A stretch of DNA of 64,000 nt from a virus. Positions within the stretch are counted from its first letter, which is position 1, and each line of letters begins with the position of its first letter. The notes below the pieces were generated by a model that made no database searches, had not been told where the DNA came from, and saw nothing but the letters and a program-made list of their open reading frames with translations. The position numbers were made by a program, and so were the translations under genes. Shown piece by piece: positions 49,658-57,468 of the stretch. Location: IMG/VR virus record IMGVR_UViG_3300023174_003073, positions 106,987 through 170,986 of that record; one strand, written 5' to 3'.

Positions 49658-50221
49658 TTCTTCTAATAAGTTCATATGAACAACTACCAAGTGTGCGTAG
49701 GCAATAGCATGACTTTTCTTAAAGCTATACCCATCAATATTCTTCTCCCACACTGTCTCCGCAACTTCTTTCCAAGATAATCCAATTAAATGCTTTTTAG
49801 CAGGTCGAATGATTGCTAGCATCATAGCAAGTCTCGGTATGCTATTGATAGGTTCTAACATCTTTTGCATACTATAATAATGATTGCTCAAGTGAATTAA
49901 TTGTTCCACGAATGTTTTGTCATTTAGTTTATCCCAATTAGGTTCACGCATCAATTCAATTAGATGCTGTTCGTCACGTACTTTATCATATACATGAACA
50001 TTCAAAAAGTCTAGTTTGAGATACCCTCGTTGGTCTGCTTCACTATAGTCTATATTAGCCATGTCAAGTAATGCATCGTATGGAACTTCTGTTACATAGA
50101 TACCTGTTGCATGTTTACGAATAGGGTTTGCTCTACGCATTGCCGCAGGAACATGAGATATATATTGTAAAATATTATCTCTGTTCCCGAAGTCAATATC
50201 AATATCAGACTGAAACTTCAT
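49628..50221 (-). CDS. dnaE: DNA polymerase III alpha-like catalytic fragment (split DnaE part 2, miniaturised)
   Basis: SDIDIDF, KHATGIYV, GYLKLDFL, LAIIRP, GYSFKKSHAIAYA correspond to DnaE PDFDIDF, KHAGGVVI, GLVKFDFL, ALYRP, GYGFNKSHSAAYA. Confidence 0.88.
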   Translation of the reverse strand: MKFQSDIDIDFGNRDNILQYISHVPAAMRRANPIRKHATGIYVTEVPYDALLDMANIDYSEADQRGYLKLDFLNVHVYDKVRDEQHLIELMREPNWDKLNDKTFVEQLIHLSNHYYSMQKMLEPINSIPRLAMMLAIIRPAKKHLIGLSWKEVAETVWEKNIDGYSFKKSHAIAYAHLVVVHMNLLEELGHSLNESN

Positions 50222-50999
50222 TATATTTTGGTATGCAAACGTTTAGTGCTGATTCAAGGCTTTGAATTGGAAAAACAGATTCTAGTTTAACAGTGTTTAA
50301 CACACAATTACTACGCGGTGCAACTACTGCTTTTGCAAATTCTTCTTTAGTAAACCATTCTTTCTTTAAACCAAGTTTATCTGCTAACTCTTTTGTTGTC
50401 GCCGAGCCATGATTGCAAACATTATACAATCCTTTTGGTATTGTCTTATAATTGTTTGCAAACTCAACTGCAACTTTAGCAACATCAGGAACATAACTTA
50501 AACTGTTTTCATAATCAATAAGTTTGTCGTAACGTGCTAACTTACTGAACAAATTCTTGGGGTCATGGTCATCGCTGAATGGCATGCGAATACGCAATAG
50601 ATAACTCTTATTCATATAGGGCTCTAATAGTTTTTGTTCTAGTGCTTTACTACCGCTATAGAAACTACCATTATTAAAGTTGAAGTTAGGTTCATCTAAT
50701 TCAGTGTAATGCTTTTCATACCCGGTATATACACAGCCACTGCTGATATGTACAATGGGACATTTCTCAGTTTGTTCTAAGAACAATGGATACAACACAT
50801 TGCCATCAATTGTTTCTTGTTTGTAAATCTCACACGCATCCACGTTAGGCACACCAGTAAACCCGGTAGCATTAATGATTGCTCGTTTGCCAGGTGGAAC
50901 AGGATCAGTATGTCTAATCCATGTGTGTTCTAAATTTTGTGCTTGTAATTCTTTTTGTATCGCTTTACCGATATATCCATGTCCAATAAGTACTATCAT
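50205..50999 (-). CDS. NDP-4-keto-6-deoxyglucose 3,5-epimerase/4-reductase (NRS/ER-type, RmlD superfamily)
   Basis: G.GYIG, G.TG.PNVD.CE, SSGCVY, GSFYS.SK, LRIRMP, APRSN. Confidence 0.75.
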   Translation of the reverse strand: MIVLIGHGYIGKAIQKELQAQNLEHTWIRHTDPVPPGKRAIINATGFTGVPNVDACEIYKQETIDGNVLYPLFLEQTEKCPIVHISSGCVYTGYEKHYTELDEPNFNFNNGSFYSGSKALEQKLLEPYMNKSYLLRIRMPFSDDHDPKNLFSKLARYDKLIDYENSLSYVPDVAKVAVEFANNYKTIPKGLYNVCNHGSATTKELADKLGLKKEWFTKEEFAKAVVAPRSNCVLNTVKLESVFPIQSLESALNVCIPKYNEVSV

Positions 51000-51484
51000 A
51001 GTTGTCCTTTATATCTTTCTATAATTTCTGGGCTATGCTGAGCCGGTGCATTTGCACTTGTGTCTTTTTGTTTTTCCAATTCATAAACACGCTTACGCAA
51101 TTCACTAGAACTGTAATTGTGTTGTCTCTTATGATAATGCAATTCAATGCTATTGTCAATACAATATTGCTTTCCGGTAAAATCTCTATTGAGATATTCT
51201 TCACTTAGGAAACGAATATTAATAGTTTGGGTCATTAACATTTGTAGTAAATCGTATTCAGTTGAGTATACCAAAATCTCATCAACATACTTACATGCCT
51301 GCAATTGCACATAGCGTTCATATACACTTTGACATGGTTTGTTTTTAACACCCGGTCTATCAATTGTGGGATCAACTTGTAGTGCAACTATTAAATAGTC
51401 GCACAATTCTTTTTCCATCTTTAACATTGTTACATGTCCGGCATGAAACAAATCAAAACTGCTACAATTAAATCCTATTTTCAT
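50996..51484 (-). CDS. cytidylyltransferase (TagD/glycerol-3-phosphate cytidylyltransferase-like)
   Basis: FDLFHAGH, YLIVAL, ER..QL..CKYVDEI, R.H.YSSS.LR. Confidence 0.85.
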   Translation of the reverse strand: MKIGFNCSSFDLFHAGHVTMLKMEKELCDYLIVALQVDPTIDRPGVKNKPCQSVYERYVQLQACKYVDEILVYSTEYDLLQMLMTQTINIRFLSEEYLNRDFTGKQYCIDNSIELHYHKRQHNYSSSELRKRVYELEKQKDTSANAPAQHSPEIIERYKGQL

Positions 51485-52391
51485 TTTTATACCATTCTAT
51501 TGTTTTTTTCAAACCTACACCTAATGAATGTGATACATTCCAATCTGTGTCACGTAATACTAAACTGATATCAGTACTATATCTCATATCATGTCCCGGT
51601 CTATCATTTACGTATGTAATTAAATCAGTACTTGATTCCATCAAATTCAATATTTGTTTAACCAAATCAATGTTTTTGATTTCACAATCGCCACCAATAC
51701 AGTATCTATCTTGCTTGTTGTCTAGCTGAGAAATTTTATAAATTGCATCACATGTATCTTCTACATAAATCCAATCACGAACCTGTAAACCCTGACCATA
51801 CACCGGAATACTTTTATTCTGTAAAATATTAGAGATTGTTTTGGGAATCATCTTTTCAGTGTGTTGATATGGTCCATAGTTATTACTGCTATTAATAATA
51901 ACACCCTTCATACCGTATGTGTTTTTAAACGCGGTTACAAAATGTTCAGCACTTGCCTTACTAGCAGAGTATGGATTATGAGGATCAATTTGTGATTGTT
52001 CATTGAACTTATATGGCTCTGCAACTTCTCCAAATACTTCATCAGTTGAGATATGTATGAACTTAACATTTTTATTACGGAAATAATTCAATAGATTGAT
52101 AGTACCGTGAATGTTTGATTTTACAAAAGGTTGAACATCGTTTATTGAATTGTCTACGTGACTTTCTGCGGCAAAGTGATAAACTTCTGTAAAAGAAAAT
52201 CTATCTAATTCTTTTAAAGAATGTTCGTCTGCAATATCAATAACTGCATAGTTAACTGATAACTTCTTCAATGCTTCTGGATTGCTTGCATAGGTTAATT
52301 TGTCAATGACAAATATATCTTTTTTCTTTTCTAATAAGTATTTGACAAAGTTCAAACCAATGAACCCAGCACCGCCTGTTACTAATATCAT
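51468..52391 (-). CDS. rmlB: dTDP-glucose 4,6-dehydratase
   Basis: VTGGAGFIG, DKLTYA, HFAAESHVDNSI, ISTDEV, PYSASKA, NNYGPYQH.EK, RDWIYVED, DRPGHD.RY. Confidence 0.93.
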   Translation of the reverse strand: MILVTGGAGFIGLNFVKYLLEKKKDIFVIDKLTYASNPEALKKLSVNYAVIDIADEHSLKELDRFSFTEVYHFAAESHVDNSINDVQPFVKSNIHGTINLLNYFRNKNVKFIHISTDEVFGEVAEPYKFNEQSQIDPHNPYSASKASAEHFVTAFKNTYGMKGVIINSSNNYGPYQHTEKMIPKTISNILQNKSIPVYGQGLQVRDWIYVEDTCDAIYKISQLDNKQDRYCIGGDCEIKNIDLVKQILNLMESSTDLITYVNDRPGHDMRYSTDISLVLRDTDWNVSHSLGVGLKKTIEWYKNENRI

Positions 52392-52951
52392 TTTTTACTC
52401 TCCACTAATCCTGCTTTTATTAATTTCATATATGCTTTCTGTACAACAATAGCCTGCCGTTCAGCATCTTCTACTGCCTTGTGACTTGTAACATGTCCAC
52501 CGTCTTTTAGACTTACTCCAGTAATATCAAATAATGTTCGTGTATCTCTTACTGTATAGAAAGCCCAGGGTATTGGATTAGGTCTAGTTGATGTTTGTCT
52601 TAGTGCTGACTCCATGACAACAACGTCAAAAGGTGCACCATGCGACCACACAGCACGACGGTTCCAACAAAACTTATATAGTTTCTCCATACAGTCAGAT
52701 AATGATTCACGTCCAGAATCTCCCATAGCTTCTTCTTGTGCAGCCACACTTTGAGTACTCCACCAACGCAATGTATCTTCATTGATACTACGGTTGTAGA
52801 TTTCAGTTTGATCCTCAATAGTAGGTCGTAGTTCTAATCGTTCTACTACACCAGAGCCTTTAGGATCGAATCGTACAGCACCGATAGTAAGTATAACACA
52901 ATCAGGTGTTGTGTTCAAACTTTCAATGTCAATCATCACATCGTTTGCCAT
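52388..52951 (-). CDS. DEDDh 3'-5' exonuclease
   Basis: MIDIES, IGAV.F, W.HG..FD, RDTRT, H.A.EDA. Confidence 0.85.
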   Translation of the reverse strand: MANDVMIDIESLNTTPDCVILTIGAVRFDPKGSGVVERLELRPTIEDQTEIYNRSINEDTLRWWSTQSVAAQEEAMGDSGRESLSDCMEKLYKFCWNRRAVWSHGAPFDVVVMESALRQTSTRPNPIPWAFYTVRDTRTLFDITGVSLKDGGHVTSHKAVEDAERQAIVVQKAYMKLIKAGLVESKK

Positions 52952-52952
52952 A

Positions 52953-53198
52953 TTATTGCCACCTTAATAGAAACATCATAAAGTCTGATTCTTGTAAAAA
53001 AGTTATACTGTTTGAATCATCAATATTATCAGTCCAACGAACTGCTTCTAACTTTTCATTGTATCCAGGCTTGCCGAATGTTTTCTTACACCACTTCTGC
53101 ATATCTTTGTTGGTGTGTTCAATACTGCGAACCCAACTCACAGTATAGAATGTGGTAGCTGAGCCAGGATAGATATATTTCTTTTGAGTTAGTTCCAT
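52953..53198 (-). CDS. small FxLRW-family protein J
   Basis: KWCKKTFG...ITFLQESDFMMFLLRWQ; TAATG start overlap. Confidence 0.7.
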   Translation of the reverse strand: MELTQKKYIYPGSATTFYTVSWVRSIEHTNKDMQKWCKKTFGKPGYNEKLEAVRWTDNIDDSNSITFLQESDFMMFLLRWQ

Positions 53199-53473
53199 TA
53201 GTTTTTCCACATCTCATACATAAATTTTAACTTATCGTCCCATACCTCAATTATTAATAATTCACTTATCCACATAAAGTCCCAGCCTGAACCACGATGC
53301 CCCATATTTCTACGACACCATTTAATATGTTCATTAGGATAACCTTTGTGATGGCGATAATCAATTTTATAAATGGTCTTACTACCAGACGTAGTTACTT
53401 CACTGCGGTCAAAGTTTGGCGCCTGGATAATAGGTGAAATATAAGTGTATGCGTTTGTTGTGGATATTGCCAT
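53198..53473 (-). CDS. small FxLRW-family protein I (divergent)
   Basis: KWCRRNMG...IEVWDDKLKFMYEMWKN. Confidence 0.65.
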   Translation of the reverse strand: MAISTTNAYTYISPIIQAPNFDRSEVTTSGSKTIYKIDYRHHKGYPNEHIKWCRRNMGHRGSGWDFMWISELLIIEVWDDKLKFMYEMWKN

Positions 53474-53691
53474 TATTGATATTTTAGTGTAAACCAGGTT
53501 GCAAGTGATTCTTTATAGAATTTGAATACAGTGTATCTATTGTACACGTTATCTCCACTCCAGTCATTAAAAACGGGCTTATGATATTCAAAATCAAATT
53601 CAATACCTTGAAGATATCCTTTACTACGCAACTCACGTACTATTTCCATAATCTCGTTGGGTTGTTTATCTATTAAAGTTACAGTTATCAT
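53473..53691 (-). CDS. small FxLRW-family protein H
   Basis: VFKFYKESLATWFTLKYQ. Confidence 0.7.
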   Translation of the reverse strand: MITVTLIDKQPNEIMEIVRELRSKGYLQGIEFDFEYHKPVFNDWSGDNVYNRYTVFKFYKESLATWFTLKYQ

Positions 53692-53909
53692 TGTGGAAAT
53701 TTTATTAAAAAGAAACTAGCATAGCTTTCATTTTCAAATGTAAGAGTCCAATATCTATTAGATACTCCCGGATCCCATTGTTGTTTTGCTAACCAGCCCT
53801 GTCCACCGATACTGTTATGAATATAATGCAATCTAGGCCCAATATTTTTTACTAGCCATCGTTCTTCCCATGCATCTAATCCATTTTTAAGTTTGATAGT
53901 TATAGCCAT
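53688..53909 (-). CDS. small FxLRW-family protein G
   Basis: Start trimmed to MAITIK; RWLVKNIG...LTFENESYASFFLIKF. Confidence 0.7.
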   Translation of the reverse strand: MAITIKLKNGLDAWEERWLVKNIGPRLHYIHNSIGGQGWLAKQQWDPGVSNRYWTLTFENESYASFFLIKFPQ

Positions 53910-53910
53910 C

Positions 53911-54102
53911 TTATTCCCAGCGCATCCTAAACCAAAATGCATCTTTGTTGTCACCAAAATGATAATCCGCTTCTGACCTACCCTCATCTTCAACGTCCCA
54001 ATGCCAAGTTTCACTAAGATAACTCTTACAATGTTCTCTAGCCCACTGTGCTGGAGTTTCTTTATTATGGGATCTAAGTGGTAGTGTTATAGTATGTCTC
54101 AT
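53911..54102 (-). CDS. small FxLRW-family protein F
   Basis: QWAREHC...YHFGDNKDAFWFRMRWE; ATGA overlap. Confidence 0.7.
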   Translation of the reverse strand: MRHTITLPLRSHNKETPAQWAREHCKSYLSETWHWDVEDEGRSEADYHFGDNKDAFWFRMRWE

Positions 54103-54338
54103 TGCCACCTCAACACAAATAAAATATACTCTTGTTCACACAAGAACTTGAATCTAAATGCATCACCTTCTCCGCCTTCTACAAAGATCCGCGGATGCTT
54201 GCGTTCTTCACGCAACCAGTGACTTGCTTTAAAATAAGTTTGATAATCAGGTACAGTAGCATAAATCCATTTGTTGCGCCTACATTGAGGCTTGTGACGG
54301 CAAAAGTCTTCCTGTGTTAGCGTGGTAGTTTCCGTCAT
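54099..54338 (-). CDS. small FxLRW-family protein E
   Basis: HWLREE...FKFLCEQEYILFVLRWQ; ATGA overlap. Confidence 0.7.
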   Translation of the reverse strand: MTETTTLTQEDFCRHKPQCRRNKWIYATVPDYQTYFKASHWLREERKHPRIFVEGGEGDAFRFKFLCEQEYILFVLRWQ

Positions 54339-54640
54339 TGCCACCTCAGCAAAAACCATTCACAATCTGGTTTGTCTCTAAACCAAAACTTAGCATTGTT
54401 TGCATACCATCTATCTCCGGGAGTCCATACTCCAGGAGCGCCGGGTGTGCCGCTTGGTCCAAATATGTTAACACACCAAGCAGTCATTTTGTTCCATTCA
54501 TTCGGTGATACTATGGGGTCAATCTGATGATAGGGCATGTCGTAGGCATATCCTATGCCTACATAGTTAACACTACGGTATGCGGCCCAGCCACCGTTAG
54601 CTCCGTATAACTTATTAGTCATTTGCTTTTTCTTAATCAT
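54335..54640 (-). CDS. small FxLRW-family protein D
   Basis: AWCVNIFG...FWFRDKPDCEWFLLRWQ; ATGA overlap. Confidence 0.7.
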   Translation of the reverse strand: MIKKKQMTNKLYGANGGWAAYRSVNYVGIGYAYDMPYHQIDPIVSPNEWNKMTAWCVNIFGPSGTPGAPGVWTPGDRWYANNAKFWFRDKPDCEWFLLRWQ

Positions 54641-54942
54641 AGCCACCTCAGGCTAAACCATTCAGCCTCTTTTTTAGACTTGAATATAAATGTTTTTCCT
54701 CTGGATAAAAAACCTCTTTTACAATTTTTTGTTACCCAATCTCTAAGTTCAATTGATTTTTCTATACTTCCTAATGTTAGTAACTCAACAGTGTACCAAC
54801 CTGAATCAATCAATAAGTCTTTCATAATATCAAAGTCCATTTGCTCAGATAATTCTCTAGCTTTGTCCTCAGCTATTTGTTCTTCTAATTTAAGTCTGTT
54901 ATATGCACTTGCCGCATTAGCCGCATCGTATATATGTTTCAT
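54637..54942 (-). CDS. small FxLRW-family protein C
   Basis: DWVTKNC...FIFKSKKEAEWFSLRWL. Confidence 0.7.
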   Translation of the reverse strand: MKHIYDAANAASAYNRLKLEEQIAEDKARELSEQMDFDIMKDLLIDSGWYTVELLTLGSIEKSIELRDWVTKNCKRGFLSRGKTFIFKSKKEAEWFSLRWL

Positions 54943-55091
54943 TTCTTTTTATTAACAATGTCAGGTGTAATGGCATCAATCGTATTAACTGTAGTCTTTA
55001 TTGCATAAACTGCGGTAGTACCGGCAGCATCAGCGATAGCAAGTACAGTACAACCTTGCAAACATAAAATGATTGGTAAAAATATTTTCAT
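54939..55091 (-). CDS. small lipoprotein, 50 aa (MKIFLPIILCLQGCTVLAIADAAG...PDIVNKKK)
   Basis: Read manually; type II signal peptide with lipobox LQGC; ATGA overlaps at both ends. Confidence 0.75.
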   Translation of the reverse strand: MKIFLPIILCLQGCTVLAIADAAGTTAVYAIKTTVNTIDAITPDIVNKKK

Positions 55092-55345
55092 AGATATTTT
55101 AAAACAAAGAATAGATATTTCTTTTCGTCAACAACTTCATAGGTTTCAGTTAGGTGGCCCTCATTAGAATAAATGATTCTAATTCCAAATGTTTGTAACA
55201 TCCATTGATTAAACAATAAGCTAGAATCTTTCCTATCAAATTCAGCTTTCAATTTTCGTACAGCCGCCCAATACTTCCATCTTCTAGCTTTTCGGTCACG
55301 ATCCCATTCTTCAAAAGATTCATCTGCCGGATTGAAACCTCTCAT
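55088..55345 (-). CDS. small FxLRW-family protein B (divergent)
   Basis: QWMLQTFG...YEVVDEKKYLFFVLKYL. Confidence 0.65.
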   Translation of the reverse strand: MRGFNPADESFEEWDRDRKARRWKYWAAVRKLKAEFDRKDSSLLFNQWMLQTFGIRIIYSNEGHLTETYEVVDEKKYLFFVLKYL

Positions 55346-55986
55346 CGTTGCATTAGTTCGTTTGCAAAATTTAATAGAAGTTTGTGATGTTTACCGTCAT
55401 GGTAATGTGCTTTCATCCAGCTATAACTTTCATACCAGAATGGTTGACTTTCTGGGTGGCACCCAATCAATCCTAATCTGTTCTGAAATATAGCCATTGC
55501 GTCTCCATTACTATAAGTAGCAACTGTCTCAAACTTTGTGTCATCGCCCACTAACGCACATCCATCATACCAGAACATTTTCATTGGTTCGCCTCTCCAA
55601 GTGATAGGCATGTTCTTTGCATGTGGTCTTCGTGTGTCAGTTCCAGGACGTTTGAGATATTGTACAGCATCTACGCCGTCAAGTAAAGAGAAATAGTGTG
55701 AACCTGCCCAGTATGCGCCCATGCATATGCCCAGATATCTTCCACCGTTGTTAACAAAATCAATTACACGTTTTCCATTGTGTTGAAATAGTTTCTCGTA
55801 GCTATCGCTATCTCCAAACCCACCGGGAACAGCTATCATATCAACTCCTTTAAAGAAGTCTTTTTCTAATGCATTCTTGGAAAATAGTTTGAAGTTGTAC
55901 TGAGAATCCAAAGAACTGATTATTCCGTTGGAACTCTGTACTGAGCATTTTGGGTCTGCTACGAAAAGTGCGATTGTTGGTTTCAT
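55342..55986 (-). CDS. class I glutamine amidotransferase-like (BPL_N-type) protein
   Basis: VPGG, YLGICMGAY nucleophile elbow, HPE. Confidence 0.8.
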   Translation of the reverse strand: MKPTIALFVADPKCSVQSSNGIISSLDSQYNFKLFSKNALEKDFFKGVDMIAVPGGFGDSDSYEKLFQHNGKRVIDFVNNGGRYLGICMGAYWAGSHYFSLLDGVDAVQYLKRPGTDTRRPHAKNMPITWRGEPMKMFWYDGCALVGDDTKFETVATYSNGDAMAIFQNRLGLIGCHPESQPFWYESYSWMKAHYHDGKHHKLLLNFANELMQR

Positions 55987-56020
55987 TAGTATAATATTTA
56001 GTCAGTGAAATATTACACTA

Positions 56021-56257
56021 TTATAACCACCTCAAGCTAAAATGTATAGCGTCTTTCTCGTCTTGGAAATAAAAATCCATATATTCTTCGGTAGGATGAG
56101 TACTATATTTGTCTCCTGGCAACCCAAACTGTTCCATTGCCCATATGCAGGTTTCATCCCATCGGGTTATAGAATCACCCTTCTTCCAAGGTATACGTAC
56201 TTTAGTAGCCTGCAATACGAAGGGTGTCTCTGATTTGTTGTTTAAGGTCTGGTTCAC
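56021..56257 (-). CDS. small FxLRW-family protein A
   Basis: IWAMEQFG...FYFQDEKDAIHFSLRWL; exact start uncertain. Confidence 0.65.
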   Translation of the reverse strand: MNQTLNNKSETPFVLQATKVRIPWKKGDSITRWDETCIWAMEQFGLPGDKYSTHPTEEYMDFYFQDEKDAIHFSLRWL

Positions 56258-56906
56258 GATGAAATTTTAATGCCCATTGTTCTGGATTTATATAATCGAT
56301 TACGATTTTCACATGTTCTGGATTTAATGTTTCCAGAAATTTAGTTCCACTATCACTACAATATAGCATCCAAGGACTAATTTTCCCAGTAGTGATATTC
56401 AAACAAATTCTATTCACATTTCCGTATCGTAGGATATCATGAGGTTGAATTTTATCTGTCTCTGCTAGATTGATACAAGTCTCAACACTACGATGTATTG
56501 CATCAAATGGATCTTCATGTCGTAGATATTCTATCAAAAATTTAGTATAGGTAACATCGCTATTCCAACTATCAATTTTAATATTGTTCTTTAATAACCA
56601 ATCAACATATCTACCGACATTAATAACGTTAACTTCTGCACAATAATTACCAAACTTTACAAATGCAATGTAATATGCATTCTTAATGAATTCTTCATAT
56701 GTTTTATTTTTGGTCTTACTCATGCTATTCTTAGCATAGAATTGTAACCAAGACTGAAAGCCCAATCTATTGCCTAGATGGTCACGATTTTGCCAACGCT
56801 GTTTCTGTTCACAGATATGGCTAAACAATGTTCGCTCTCTTACAAACTCTCGTTTGCAAAATTCGCAACTATGTTTAATTTCAACCGTTTCCGTGGTCTT
56901 TTTCAT
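56202..56906 (-). CDS. hypothetical protein with N-terminal Zn finger
   Basis: CEFCKREF......SHIC. Confidence 0.65.
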   Translation of the reverse strand: MKKTTETVEIKHSCEFCKREFVRERTLFSHICEQKQRWQNRDHLGNRLGFQSWLQFYAKNSMSKTKNKTYEEFIKNAYYIAFVKFGNYCAEVNVINVGRYVDWLLKNNIKIDSWNSDVTYTKFLIEYLRHEDPFDAIHRSVETCINLAETDKIQPHDILRYGNVNRICLNITTGKISPWMLYCSDSGTKFLETLNPEHVKIVIDYINPEQWALKFHREPDLKQQIRDTLRIAGY

Positions 56907-57468
56907 ATTGTGTTATATCTTTGTCAGTTATGATTGTGGCTAGTGTTTCAATATCTTCTATCTTCAAATGAGGGAATTCATTTGCTAGATAAACCTTTTT
57001 CTTTTGTGATGCTACAAATTCTTCACTAATAGCATGTAAATTTGCACCACTTGCTTTGGGATATATTTTAGTAAAGTAATCACGTATATCTTTTTCTTTA
57101 GGTGTTTCTTTTAGTTGTGCTACTTTACCTGATAGATGAGGTATCCATTGATGAAACTGTTTACCTAAGCCAGGGCTTGCCGCACATAGCATCAACCACT
57201 GTAGCTTGGGATGTTTCTGAACATACTCGTTGAACAAATGTTTGTTTGCAGTGTAGTCAGTGTTCATCAAATAATAAGAACTTAAGCCTGCATTTGCTTT
57301 GATAGCACTCATCCAATGAGTCATCATATATGGCACAAATTTCTTTTGTTGTTCTTCAGTTAATCTATCATAATAACCATAGTCTTTTTTATCCATTGCG
57401 GCTAATGCCTCGAATAAATCAAAGTCTACCTTCTCAAATTTTTCATCAACTGGAGTTTTAGTTGCCAT
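56881..57468 (-). CDS. possible clamp-loader small subunit (gp62-like)
   Basis: DLF..L.A...K...Y.......K.F.PYM...WMS...N...H..LQ.....G...H.W pattern; replication context. Confidence 0.45.
   Translation of the reverse strand: MATKTPVDEKFEKVDFDLFEALAAMDKKDYGYYDRLTEEQQKKFVPYMMTHWMSAIKANAGLSSYYLMNTDYTANKHLFNEYVQKHPKLQWLMLCAASPGLGKQFHQWIPHLSGKVAQLKETPKEKDIRDYFTKIYPKASGANLHAISEEFVASQKKKVYLANEFPHLKIEDIETLATIITDKDITQYEKDHGNG

Noticed and set aside
52953-56257. Diversity-generating retroelement or integron as the source of the array
   Set aside because: No reverse transcriptase, template/variable repeat pair, integrase or attC-like spacers; the genes overlap directly
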